Shown here piece after piece: positions 1-11,473 of a stretch of DNA of 64,000 nt (positions are counted from its first letter, which is position 1; each line of letters starts with the position of its first letter). Location: assembly GCA_964016885.1 (NCBI GenBank), contig OZ024764.1, forward strand, positions 20,274,001 to 20,338,000, written 5' to 3'. This DNA comes from Eledone cirrhosa (taxonomy: Eukaryota). The translations under genes were made by a program, and so were the position numbers. A model generated the notes under the pieces. The model worked only from the letters and a program-made list of their open reading frames with translations, did no database searches and was not told where the DNA came from.

Positions 1-693
1 TCTGTTCAGCAACAGTGTTCCTGGTTAATGAAATGTCTTTGAATAACTCTGCTTTCTCTGGACAATTTCAGCTGTTTTTACAAGACAGTTGCCTTACAAA
101 ATCTCCTTCACTGTAAGATTTCCCACTCATGGCAATCATTTGACTGAGTTCTTTGCTTGCAGTTACGGAAGAGACATCCTCTTCCTGAATTAACATAAAA
201 CAGGTCTGTTGCTGTATCAAGTTAACCTTCAATTCATTGAGTCTTGAAACACACATTGGGGCTTCATATTTATCGTAAGATCGAGGGTTTGTTTCATAAT
301 GTCATTTTAAATTGTACTCTTTTGGCGTGGCAATGTAGTTGTTGCAAATTAAACAGTGTATCTTTCTGTTCACCATTGGGCTAAAATACTGTAATTCCCA
401 CTTTTCTTGAAACACTTGCCCTTCTTCGTTCAATTTCCTTTTTCTCTTAGCTGGAGGAGCACTAACCATTTCAAAAACGAAATCATTTGAAATTTTGAAA
501 GAAAGTTTTCTGTTAATGAGCTGCACGTGATTAATGGAAGTTAAAAGTAGTTGACAAAAATTGCACCAAAAAAAATAATTGTATCGAAAATGTTTTAAAT
601 TTTATATTACGAAAATGAAACATGCTCGCACTGTAAAAACCTTTGTGTGGGCCGCAGGTTTGCTTGCCAAGGGCCGCATGTTTGACATGTCTG
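1..693 (-). mobile_element. hAT (Buster/Charlie/SPIN-like) DNA transposon, 5' part, decayed
   Basis: Broken ORFs 302-526 and 68-256 read KRKRKLNEEGQVFQEKWELQYF..CLIC..KEYNLK, a GTF2IRD2/SPIN-type transposase N-terminus. Terminus CAGACATGTCAAAC (rc) at 693 is followed by ATGTAGGT. Paralog of 54767-55457. Confidence 0.88.
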
Positions 694-849
694 ATGTAGG
701 TTACCAACACTAGGGAGGGCAGCATGTCCTTCAGTGTGTTCTGCTACATTAACTACCAGGAGGTCACCACATGAGACAAAGACTACATTTCAAAGAAGGG
801 TCACAAAAGAACTAACTACGAAAGTCCTCACAGCAAAAAGCAAATAATT

Positions 850-1258
850 GAGCTTTGGGTCTAGGTTAAGGGGGCAGAAGTGCTGTGCCCTGTGGATAAG
901 ACTGCAAAAGTATTCGCCCGGAACGATGGACAGTGACACCCACTGCATCAGCCACCCCAACCTCATGGGACTCCCTCTTCAGAAGAGCCACCAACGTACT
1001 GATCTTACAGAGGAGCTTGGCAGTACGGGGTCTAAATACTTCTGAGGTCTCGATGGTGACCGGTGTGAAGAGACCTACAATTGATGTCATCCCAGTTATG
1101 TTGGACTGTAATATACTGGGGTATAGAGAGGCCTTAACCTGTCTCAGCCGAGCCACTCAGGGTTGTTTCATCTAGGTACCAGACAGGGGTGACTAGACCA
1201 TGTTGTCAACTGTCAGCACCAATAGGAGTGAGGCGAGAGGGTCCCCTTGCTAGACACC
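850..1258 (-). mobile_element. Relic of CRE-like non-LTR retrotransposon
   Basis: Minus strand reads GV*QGDPLASLLLVL, then after a frameshift VWYLDETTLSG (RT motifs). Paralog at ~55610-56026. Confidence 0.6.
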
Positions 1259-1401
1259 ATATATAAAAACGTATTTGCTAATTACTTTAATGAATAATTT
1301 GTTTCATACGTAATTATTACTTTTAACACAATAGGATTTTGTACACGTGTTTGTTTGAAAACATCTTTCAAAGAAGTATGAGACAGTCTTTTGCAGTCTT
1401 C

Positions 1402-1490
1402 TGGAGTTGCGACCGATAGATAGTATTAGCAATTGGAAAGACCAATGGAAACATTGTTTCCTCGGTCCGATTTGACTAAAAGTCGATCGT
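1402..1490 (+). mobile_element. tRNA-derived SINE, 3' fragment
   Basis: Matches the 3' half of the full SINE at 56273-56483. Confidence 0.75.
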
Positions 1491-1789
1491 AAAAAAAAAA
1501 TATATGTTTATATATATAGAGAGAGATAGAGAAACACACAAACATACACGACTGTAAAACATATGTAAGGGTAGACAACTCTCGTTACCCCCCCCCCATT
1601 CTTTTTGATATACGTGCTTTATATGTTTTGTACGCTTTATTTTGTGTCCTAAGTAGATTTCTGTTTAAGTATTTACGAGATTCACAATGATTCACGTAAC
1701 CAAGTTACTTACATAGAGATATATTTCACATAGAATCACTACAAATGAAAATATTAAGTCAACACTCTGTCAATCAGTCTCACATCACA

Positions 1790-2005
1790 TGGGGTGCCGG
1801 AGTCTCCCTCTAATACTTTCTGAAACAGTCTCACCTCGAGTGATAGCAAGGCTAAGATGTTGGAACTACCAAACACCCTCATATGTATCACCTGACACCT
1901 CGGTAAGGAGAGCTGCCAACGATAATAAGAACATCGTTGTCAGGGACCTATCTCCTCCAAACTTCTCCAACACCACAGACTAGAATATTCTACTCTTTAT
2001 TCCCT
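1790..2005 (+). repeat. LTR-like repeat family, copy 1 (also ~18080, 37135, 56778)
   Basis: Aligns by eye with the reverse complement of 2200-2330 and with the 59-bp array unit. Confidence 0.6.
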
Positions 2006-2067
2006 ATCAAATATATTTCAGTCTAGTCATTTATCTTGTATCTTGTATATGTATTTTGAAAACTAAC

Positions 2068-2850
2068 TGTCACATTTGTGAGACCCCAGTTAGTGATGTT
2101 TTCGTCTCCCTCCCACATCCTACATGCTGTAGTAAAAGTGAGGGTCACTGCTTCTGTAGACGAACGAAATAAAAGTTAAACTACCAGTAATTATCGGCAA
2201 AGTATTTATTCCAGTCTGTGATGTTTGAGAAGCTGGGCTGCTGACAACGAAGTTGTGGTCACTGTTGGCAGCTGGCTTTACCGAAGTACCCGATGACTCT
2301 TGTGAGGGTACTTAGCTGTTCTGGCGGTTTAGCCTCCACATGACCCGATCTTACCGAGATACCCGGTGATCTCTGTCAGTGTACTTAGCTGTTCTGGTAG
2401 CTTAGCTTCCTTATAACCAGATCTTACCGAGATACCCGATGACTCTTGTGATGGTACTTAGCTGTTCTGGCAACTTAGCCTCCATATGACCCGAGATACC
2501 CGGTGATCTCTGCTAGGGTACTTAGCTGTTCTGGCAACTTAGCCTCCATATGACCCGAGATACCCGGTGATCTCTGCCAGGGTACTCGATTGATCCAGCA
2601 CCCTACTATTTCTACCAACAGGTTATATCGAGGTATCAAGTGATACTCTTTTCAAGTCAAGACCTCCTCTGCTGTCCTCTGTCTTCCAACTGCCCTGTTA
2701 TTCTACAGACTCACGAAAGTGGACACCACCTGAGGAGGGAGTGGTTGGTGTAGTGGTCATCGCTGGCTATTGCCCGAGTGACAAAGGTAAAATACACTAC
2801 CTAGACTGAAGTGAAACGTCTACCGTCCATTCTTCACCACCAACACCTTA
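2068..2850 (-). mobile_element. Solo-LTR-like element with internal ~64-73 bp tandem repeats
   Basis: Minus strand ends TGTGACA at 2068, with AATAAA (rc) at 2205-2210 and tandem units at 2280-2590. Units B, C and D have lost its right-hand part. Confidence 0.55.
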
Positions 2851-2958
2851 CTTTCTCTATTTTAATTACATTTACTGTTTTTAACTTTATTTTTTTATTA
2901 CAAAGTTTACATAATTTAATTCGGTAAAAATATTTTTACGCTACAAAAAAACATTGAA

Positions 2959-2998
2959 GCATGCGCAGTGGTGCAGTTGTCGACTTCCTGTCCACGTG
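2959..2998 (+). promoter_or_regulatory. Putative ZNF promoter A (NRF1-like, ETS, E-box)
   Basis: GCATGCGCA 2959-2967, ACTTCCTG 2983-2990 and CACGTG 2993-2998. Identical in all four units within AT-rich DNA, ~65 bp upstream of a GTAAGT donor. Confidence 0.7.
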
Positions 2999-3597
2999 TT
3001 AGTCTTCCTACAATATCATTTAGACAACATTTCTGTAAATACTAAACACCTGAGACTATAATGTAAGTATTATGTCTATTAATATTGTAGATTTAAGCTC
3101 ACTTTTCACATCACAAATATATATTTTCTTGTTTGTTTCATTACTGGAAATATAAAATGTTATCGTAATTATCTATATTTTACCTACCTCTAATTAATTA
3201 AAGTGAAAACTTTTGTTGTTGCTGAAAAATAAATTAACAAAACTAAATATTTAAATATTCTAAAGGTCGTTTTTATATTATGTGATGATATAATTAATAT
3301 ATTTTATTACAATTGTATAAATTTACAGTAGAATAACGTTGTAAATATGTTTTAATTATATACATAAATAACGTAAGTGTGTAAATAACATTATAAATTG
3401 CTGGCAATTCCTTGAGAAAGACATTACAAATATATTGTCTAAACTGTGTATAATAATATAAGTTATTGAACAATAATGATAAAGGAAAGAAAAACACAGT
3501 GGGAGATGGCAATTGACCACCAAGTGTGATAATAGGTCACACCTCACACCTTAGGGGTTAACTACACACTTTGAGGCAAGCCAACACACTGGCAGCA

Positions 3598-3755
3598 TTA
3601 CTAAGGTGCTGAAATAACCAGGTACCCTCACGGGTAGCACCTGATACTTCAGTAAGTTGAGGCTAAGGTGTTGAAATAACCAGGTACCCTCACGGGTATC
3701 ACCTGACACCTTGGTAAGGTGAGTCTAAGGGGCTGAAATAACCAGGTACCCTCAC
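3598..3755 (+). repeat. 59-bp tandem array (~3 copies)
   Basis: Unit GCTAAGGTGCTGAAATAACCAGGTACCCTCACGGGTATCACCTGACACCTCAGTAAGGTGAG. Also at 19865-20086, 38497-38712, 39680-40082 (~7 copies) and 61445-61606. Confidence 0.9.
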
Positions 3756-4111
3756 GGAAACGACTAGATTTGTAGAAAAAGTAGGGTGAAAGTATACGAA
3801 GAGATGTAGTTTCACAGATCTACTCACACCTCACGTTGGGTGGGAAATAATTATTTTTCTAAGATTTTTTTCTAGACCCCTTTTCAATATTTTCTCAAAA
3901 CCCCTTAGATACTTGCAATAGACGTTTTATTCCCCAGTATTAGGGTTAGGGTTTCCGTTTTCAGGAGGAAAAGTCGATTGCAAACATCTAAGAGGTCGAG
4001 AAAAATAATAAGGAAAGATAATTATTTCCCAGCCAACTGGAGAAGTGTGTAGCTCTTCTAAACTCTGATAATCCTGTCTCCCACTTTTTATCTACAAATC
4101 TAGTCGTTTCC
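3756..4111. mobile_element. Palindromic MITE with central TTAGGG repeats
   Basis: 21-bp perfect TIR GGAAACGACTAGATTTGTAGA, imperfect internal palindrome, TTAGGGTTAGGG at 3940-3951. Confidence 0.85.
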
Positions 4112-4244
4112 TGCTACTTTGAAGGCCCTATTTATTGATAACACCACTTGTAAATCTTTGTCAACTTTTCATACGTAAAATTGTGAATCAGTTATTTTAA
4201 AACAAACTATCAAAGAAGTGATCTCACAGTAACTGTGTTTCATT

Positions 4245-4456
4245 TAATCAACTTATTCCCCCAAACATTGTCGACCTTGTGTCTAAATCAGAAACTATTA
4301 TAAGATCTTAAATCAACCCCGTAAAGATGAAGGGCAAAGCTAACCTCGGCGGGATTTCAACCCTTTATGTTATGAGTTCAAATCCCACCAAAGTTAACTT
4401 TGTCTTTCATTCTAACGGGGTGGATAAATTAAAGTTCCAGTAATCTACTGGGGTCT
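4245..4456. mobile_element. MetaSINE-type SINE fragments, two of them inverted
   Basis: Plus copy GAGTTCAAATCCCACC..CTTTCATTCTAACGGGGTGGATAAA at 4374-4456 and a reverse copy at ~4311-4361. Repeated in B (~20560-20775) and C (~40570-40785). Confidence 0.6.
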
Positions 4457-4513
4457 GAGATATTAAATGTTTGAGTAGATTCTATCTTTTGTGTGTTTGT
4501 ATTTATAATCTTA

Positions 4514-4662
4514 CTAGAAACCCTGTGACCTGTTGGGTCACGTTCCCTTTAAAAATAATATTTAAATAATTAAAATGTACACAGACATGTATATAATGTA
4601 AAATGAAATTAGTAGGCCCATGTATATATATATATACATGCGTGTGTGTGTATATATATATA

Positions 4663-4698
<36 letters not shown>

Positions 4699-4975
4699 CA
4701 CACACGTCACTTGTTATAATTTTATAACTTTGTTCAACAGCACCACCAGCTATCTCTCTCACACACACCCATTATCTTTCTCTCTCTATTTATAAAGGTA
4801 CCAGAAAAACCCCATATCTCGGGAACCTGTGCATTGATTTACGTGAAACTTATTTTATCCCATCTGTATTCCCATTTCAGGGTCAACTTCCTTTCAAACT
4901 ATTTTCCCGTTATGCCCCGTTTTGGCTGTATTACATTACAGACAAGACACAATCACAGAGTTTTAGGTTTATAAT
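4514..4975 (-). mobile_element. Non-autonomous Helitron, intronic copy with (TA)/(TG) microsatellite
   Basis: The rc 3' end has hairpin GTGACC-CAACA-GGTCAC then CTAG. Same family as 11880-12243; paralogs at 21213-21645 and 40842-41268. Confidence 0.7.
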
Positions 4976-5119
4976 GTTATAGTATCATGATAGGGTAATA
5001 CAGTTATTTATAGACCTGTGGTAAATGTTGGTTCAGTCCACTCTGGGGGGTGTAAGTGTTGGTTCAGTCTACCCTGAGGGGTGTCAGTGTTGGTCAATGA
5101 TAACCTTTATAACTAGAGG

Positions 5120-5530
5120 CCTGTTGGTGAGGACAAGCTGGAAGTGGTGACATCTTTCTGCTAACTGTGTGACATGTCAGCTGGAAGTGGAGCCAAGTTC
5201 ACTGCCATTGTGCTGTGCCACTCCACAGGTAACAAGTTTAGGCAGCTTCTCGTAATCCTCAAGCCATGCTGGCTACCATTAGACACCATGGGGAAGGTTT
5301 ATAACACCTGTGGGAGAAGTGTGTTGTTTCATGCCAGCGAGACCTGGGCCATGTTATCTGACTGTCTGAATTGACTCTGAAGAAAGGACAGAGCTATGAT
5401 CCACTGGATGTGTAGTGTGACCATTGAGGATGATGTCAGCTCAACTGCGCTCCTAAAAAAACTGCTGATCGACAACCTCAAGGATGTGTTTCACAGGAGA
5501 CACATGCACTGGTATGGCCATGTTGTGCAT
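5120..5530 (+). mobile_element. RTE-clade LINE fragment (old)
   Basis: KFRQLL..GKVYNTCGRSVLFHASETW is the RTE C-terminal region. Paralog at 22315-22725. Confidence 0.75.
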
Positions 5531-7785
5531 TCTCTCTCAACTCATCTATGCTTGGTCGTTGATGCACATTGACATTGCACATCCAACGGAGCATACTTGC
5601 TTCATTTCTCTCCAGCCATCTTATATCTTCCACAGTTGCTGTCCATGTCTCACTACCGTGCAGCATCACACATCTCACGCAGGCATCACCAGCCATTCGT
5701 TCTTAGGGAGAAACCCTTTTGTCAACAGAGCAAGCAGCTCCCAAAACGTCTTCCAACCGTCCTTATTCTATATACTATGGCCTCTGAGCACCCTCCTCCC
5801 ATGCTAATCTGATCACCTAGGTATCAGAAGCTATCAACCACCTCTGTAGATCCTTCCTGCATTTGAAAAATGTGTCTATCAATGCGACTTCTGCTGTCAA
5901 ATTTCCCTGTACATCTACTGCATATGTAGTTTTCCCTACCTGTTAGTTTGCCTGCTATCCCACTACATCTCTTGTGTACCCAAAATCTGCATTGTGTACA
6001 TTATAGAATTTATGCCAGTTCCTTTTCTACATATTGAAAAAGGCCATTTCCCTGATGGAATGACAGTTTTGTCCTCTTTTCTACTCTTCAACACTTTTGA
6101 CTTAGCTAGGTTCACTCTCAGTCCTCTTGCTTCCAACTGCTGTTTCCATAGCCAGAATTTATTCTCTAGCTCCGCTACTGATTCTGCTATAAGAATCACA
6201 TCGTCAGCCTAGAGAAGTTCCTATGGGCAGCTAGTCTTAAACTCCTCTTTTATGGCTGGAGGCCTATAATGAACAAGGGCGGGCTGAGGACCGACCCTGA
6301 TGTACTCCTACTTGTATCTGGAATTCCTTATTAAACTCCATGCCTACCCTCACTTTACTGACACCACCTCTGTACATAGCTTGCATTGTCCTCACAAACT
6401 ATTCCTCTACACCTAGTTTCCTTAGGGACCACCAGATGACAGATTGGGGTACTCTATCAAAGGCCTTCTCTAGGTCAACAAAAACTAAGTATAGTGGTTT
6501 TCTTCTCTAAGAACCTCTCTTGTAGTTGTCTCACTAAGAAGAGGGCATCTGTTTGACCCTTTCTCTAAGTTGCGCTAGTATTCTTTCTGTCACTTTCATA
6601 ACCTGATCCATCAGTTTTATGCCCCTATAATTACTCCTCTCTCCAGAACATCCCCTTTACCTTTACCTCAATTTATGAGAATACTGCTGCACCAGTCTTT
6701 GGGTATGACACCACCATATATAGCTTGATTAATGATGCATGCAACCAGTTTAATTCCTACATCTCCTGATGCCTTCAGCATCTCAGCAACTATCCCCAAC
6801 AGTCCAGCGGACCTACCATTTTTCATTTCCTTAATTGCCTCTTGGACCCTATAGTCATCAATCTCAATAGTTGGTCCCTTTGGCGGGTCTACTGAGGGTA
6901 GTTTCTCTCCCTTTCATTCTCCACATTCATCAGTCTCTCATAATGACATTTCCAGGCCTCCTTTTTTTTGAGAATCAGTGACACTAAGTGCAACAACATC
7001 CTGATTTACACTGACACACTGCCTTGCAATGTGGAACACCGCACATCTCTGATCTCCCCATCGCAGGACATTGGCAAACCTTCTACTTTCAGCCTCCCTG
7101 CCTGTTAAGTAGACCTGACGTCTAGCTTCTCTCTTAGCGGCTGTGTATCGGTCTCTACCCCTACCATTTTTCCAAGTCTTTTGTCTCTAATGGCTCTATC
7201 TACCGTGCTGTTCCACCACCAGGTCACCCTCTGTCTGGTTGGAGCTCTGCTCCAGCCACAAGTTTCTTCAGTAACCTGCAGTAAGTTGTCACGTAAGAAA
7301 TTCCAGTTATCATCTATAGCATAGGACTCTAAATCGTCTTCTTTTTCGTCATACACATCTTGAAGGGCTTCCCTAAATTTATATTTTACTGAAAGCTCTT
7401 TTAGTTTCCAGACCTTCATTTTTCACACTTTCTTGTATGTCTCACTTTGTCTCTTGCTTACTGAGATGTCACTAACGACTAACCTATGTTGGGGGGTTAC
7501 ATTGTTCCCTGGGGTATGCCTTAGTATTTGACACCATCTGTCTCTCTTGCTACTTAACTAGCAAGAAGTCAATCTGTCTCATGTGCTCACCTGATTGGTA
7601 GGTTATTAGGTGGTTGGTAGGTTTCTTGAAGTGTTGCAAATGGTTAGTTCACTTGCATCACAAAATACACGAAGCCTCACTCCTTCTTCATTTCTTGAGC
7701 CATAACCATGACCACCATGTACCCCAGTGTATCCATCCTGGAGCTGTCCAACATGACCATTGAAGTCCCCTGCTATTATAACTAG
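5531..7785 (-). mobile_element. RTE-clade LINE, decayed, antisense in intron
   Basis: Fragments encode APE (GDFNGHVG), TWWWN, RT and MLHGSETW, with many stops and frameshifts. Confidence 0.92.
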
Positions 7786-7809
7786 TTCTCTGTCATTGTG
7801 GTTATCTCT

Positions 7810-8130
7810 ACTTATTCTTTTTCTACATATGGAGCAGGGCCACTTTCCTGAAGGGGTCAGGGTCTTCTCTCCTATCCATTAGCACTTTAGTTTTGGCTAA
7901 GTATATTCTCAGAACTTACCATTTCAAATTCTATATCTATAGCTGGTCATCTACATAGAGAAGTTTCCATTGACAGCCAGTCTTAAACCTCTCTGTTATG
8001 GCTTGGAGAACTATGATGAACATGAGTGGGCTAAGAACTAAACCATGATGAACTCCTACCTGTACCTTCAATTCCTCACTAGACACTTTACTGACAGCTT
8101 CTCACAAGCCATTCTTCTACACCTAATTTC
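7810..8130 (-). mobile_element. Older RTE fragment
   Basis: Degenerate match to the RT region (GVHHGLVLSPL, GCQWKLLYVD). Paralogs at ~25000-25325, 47745-48070 and 62280-62605. Confidence 0.65.
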
Positions 8131-8344
8131 TTTAACCCTTTAGTATATAAACTGGCCATATCTGGCCAGAATTCTCCCACATCTTTCTGTTCAAACTGGC
8201 CGTAACTGGTCACTTATACTTATGTTAAGGTATTGTTCTCAAAATAAATAACATGAAAATCTCATAGATTTGATATTATGTGAGATAAAGCATTTACTGT
8301 GAAAATATAATAGTAAATATAGAGTAATGTGAATACTAAAGGGT

Positions 8345-8490
8345 TAATCTAATGTCACTAATAACTACTTTTATCAGTCAGTTTAATCTAAAGTCACTAA
8401 TAACTACTTTTATCAGTCAGTTTAATCTAAAGTCACTAATAACTACTTTTATCTGTCAGTTTAATCTAATGTCACTAATAACTAACCTAT
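8345..8490 (+). repeat. 39-bp minisatellite (~3.7 copies)
   Basis: Unit TAATCTAATGTCACTAATAACTACTTTTATCAGTCAGTT. Confidence 0.9.
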
Positions 8491-9089
8491 GTTAGGCAGC
8501 ACATTCTTCACTAAGGAAGGCCTTAGTATTTATTACAGTCCATTTAGAAATATTATATTAAATTTGTACTGATGTATTACAAGTTTCTGAGTATCTTATA
8601 ATGTTCTTTTATTATTTCAGAATACCGGAGGACATTGGCATTAAAGAGCACGTTACATCAGACATATCCTCAACATTAACCTTTTCTAATGAAAGACACT
8701 ACTCATCATTTTCAAATAATTTTGAAAACACACAACACTTTGAAGGGATTTAGTAATATAACTAAATTTCTCAGGATTAAGCTGCTATTTGGAACATAAC
8801 TTTGCACAATTTCATGAAGTTATAATGGAAAGTTTTTAGATAAATATAAAGACTGATATGAAAAGGATAAAACACTTTTATATCAGTTGTTTCATCAACA
8901 CCATTATTTAAAGATGAAAGGGAGCTGTTATACAGAACAGATACAACCTTGTTTATATAAATCTATGGGAGAAATACTGGGAAATGTTTAACATAAAGAA
9001 GAAAAATATCCATATATTGAGAGGAGAAAAATATTAAAACTGTGAATTATGTGAGAAACTGAGGTGATTGATATCTTTTAGTAGGAGAT

Positions 9090-10121
9090 ATGTCGAAAAA
9101 TATAGTAAAATCACCATTCCACTGTGATATCTGTGGTAAATCATTCTCTCGTAGTAATCACCTAACTACTCACAAACGTATTCATACAGGAGAGAAGCCA
9201 TATCACTGTGATATCTCTGGTAAATCATTCAGTTACGGTAGTAGCATCAGAGTTCACAAGCAAATTCATACAGGAGAGAAGCCACATCACTGTGACATCT
9301 GTAGTAAATCATTCTCTTGCAGAGATAGCTTAACTAATCACAAACGTATTCATACAGGAGAGAAGCCACATCACTGTGACATCTGTGGTAAATCATTCTC
9401 TTGCAGAGATAGCTTAACTACTCACAAACGTATTCATACAGGAGAGAAGCCATATCACTGTGATATCTGTGGTAAATCATTCGCTGACAGAAGTTGCTTA
9501 GCTACCCACAGACGTACTCATACAGGAGAGAAGCCATATCACTGTGACATCTGTGATAATTCATTCTCTCAGAGTAATCACCTAACTACTCACAAACGTA
9601 TTCATACAGGAGAGAAGACGTATCAGTGTGACATCTGTGGTAATTCATTCTCTCATAGTAATAACCTAACTACTCACAAACGTACTCATACGGGAGACAA
9701 ACCATATCACTGTGACATCTGTGGTAAATCATTCGCTGACAGAAGTTGCTTAGCTACCCACAGACGTACTCATACAGGAGAGAAGCTATATCACTGTGAC
9801 ATCTGTGGTAAATCATTCTCTCGTAGTAATCACCTAACTATCCACAAACGTACTCATACAGGAGAGAAGCCATATCACTGTGACATCTGTGGTAAATCAT
9901 TCTCTCAAAGTAATCACCTAACTCTCCACAAACGTACTCATACAGGAGAGAAGCCATATCACTGTGACATCTGTGGTAAATCATTCTCTCATAGTAATCA
10001 CCTAACTCTCCACAAACGTACTCATACAGGAGAGAAGCCATATCACTGTGACATCTGTGGTAAATCATTCTCTCAAAGCGGTAACTTAACCAAGCATGTG
10101 CGTATTCATACAGAAGTTTAG
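9090..10121 (+). CDS. C2H2 zinc-finger protein, 12 tandem fingers, no effector domain (343 aa)
   Basis: Open ORF of CxxC..HxxxH repeats with TGEKP linkers. Finger 2 has Cys->Ser. Confidence 0.93.
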   Translation: MSKNIVKSPFHCDICGKSFSRSNHLTTHKRIHTGEKPYHCDISGKSFSYGSSIRVHKQIHTGEKPHHCDICSKSFSCRDSLTNHKRIHTGEKPHHCDICGKSFSCRDSLTTHKRIHTGEKPYHCDICGKSFADRSCLATHRRTHTGEKPYHCDICDNSFSQSNHLTTHKRIHTGEKTYQCDICGNSFSHSNNLTTHKRTHTGDKPYHCDICGKSFADRSCLATHRRTHTGEKLYHCDICGKSFSRSNHLTIHKRTHTGEKPYHCDICGKSFSQSNHLTLHKRTHTGEKPYHCDICGKSFSHSNHLTLHKRTHTGEKPYHCDICGKSFSQSGNLTKHVRIHTEV

Positions 10122-10386
10122 CTGTATCAATATCAAACTCATTACATCATACTACAACAACAACAATTGTGTAGATCCATCATCCTTACTAAAACTGGGG
10201 TCAACCTTGTAGGTTTTACCTAGGACAGGGATCATAAAACCAGGTTTCCATTTTTGAAGCAGTGTTTGAAGATTTTGTGTAAATTAAAGTTTTTCACATT
10301 AAACTTTGATTTATTATACTTTAACAGGTAAGATATATATTTGTATTTTCAGTAAAGGTTGGGAACTTCTGTAATTTAAACCTGCC

Positions 10387-10392
10387 AATAAA
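10387..10392 (+). terminator. Putative polyadenylation signal of ZNF A
   Basis: AATAAA ~265 bp after the stop, followed by a GT-rich tract; conserved in B (~27394) and C (~50224). Confidence 0.45.
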
Positions 10393-10754
10393 ATGAAAAC
10401 TTTTGTTGTTGCTAGTCAGACATTGATATTAATTCTATTGTCCTGTACATTGTCTCAAATATCACAGATTAAACAGATTTTAACAATATCAACAGAAATC
10501 AATAACTTGTAAGCCTAATATCTAGCTTCCATTTTAACTATTTGATATTGTTGTTCCCCTCCTGTCTCTTCAGGTCTTTTAGATTTCAACTTCTATCTAC
10601 TGTACTATTCCATCACCAAGGCAACATTCATCTGGCTGGCAGCTTACATCAACTACAGATCTCATCAGTGGTTCACAACAGGCTGTCTGAAAGAAACTTC
10701 CAGATATCTTCTATATCATAGCTATCAATCTCCTCCTCCTTATCATATGTACCA

Positions 10755-11180
10755 CTCTCACAGTCCCTCTAGATCTTATATTTAACAGGGAGATCTTTTA
10801 CTATCCCTACTCTTTTCTCTAGATAGTTTTGTACCACTCTCACAGTCCCTATAGATCTTATATTTAACAGGGAGATTCTTTACTGTCTCTACCCTTTTCT
10901 CTAGGTTGTCTTATACCTCTCTCACAGTCCCTATATATATCTTATATTTAACAGGGAGATCTTTTACTATCCCTACCCTTTTCTCTAGGTTGTCTTGTAT
11001 CTCTCTCACAGTCCCTCTAGATCTTATATTTAACAGAGAGATCTTTTACTCTCCAACCCTTTTCTCTAGGTCGTCTTGTACCTCCCTCACAATCCCTGTA
11101 GATCTTATATTTAACAGGGAGATCTTTTACTCTCCAACCCTTCTACAGATAGTCTTGTATATGTCATTCCCTCTAGATCT
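10755..11180 (+). repeat. ~82-bp minisatellite (~5 copies)
   Basis: AGATCTTATATTTAACAGGGAGATCTTTTAC or close variants recur at 10771, 10853, 10937, 11019 and 11100. Also at 27780-28180 and 50610-51090. Confidence 0.9.
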
Positions 11181-11473
11181 TACACCTCGTATCTAGTCTA
11201 TGTTGAGTGGTACGTCCTTCTCCAGTAAAGGAGTTAATATTCCCAACCATCTGTCTATCCTGTTTTCTGATGAGAATGAAGTCAATCTAGTTTATCTCTT
11301 CACCTGATTGAAGTAACTAGATCAAGTAACTAGATGTTTTCCTGTAAGTTAGTGTTGCAGTGTTTGTGTCACCATGTAAGGTTTATATCTATTTTATATA
11401 GAGATGTAGTAAAGTTTTCTCTGTTGTATCTCTACTTTCTAAATATCTTTATAATGTTTCTCTACTATTTCAG

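Larger units (their letters stand above)
3063..8620 (+). other. Putative intron 1 of ZNF gene A
   Basis: Donor AT|GTAAGT at 3063; acceptor TTCTTTTATTATTTCAG ending 8620. Equivalents: B 18976-25979, C 37957-48525, D donor 57614. Confidence 0.6.

Noticed and set aside
1789-1983. Conserved 64-aa ORF MGCRSLPLILSETV.. in all four units
   Set aside because: It lies in an LTR-like repeat copy and has no recognisable domain; recent duplication explains the conservation.
3294-3547. Recurrent minus-strand ORFs (MPSPTVFFF.., MRCDLLSH..)
   Set aside because: AT-rich low-complexity intronic sequence repeated by duplication and deleted in unit B.
3940-3951. Interstitial telomere or chromosome fusion site
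   Set aside because: Only two TTAGGG units, always inside the MITE.
9838-10068. Antisense ORF over the zinc fingers
   Set aside because: It is a shadow frame of the 84-bp repeat.
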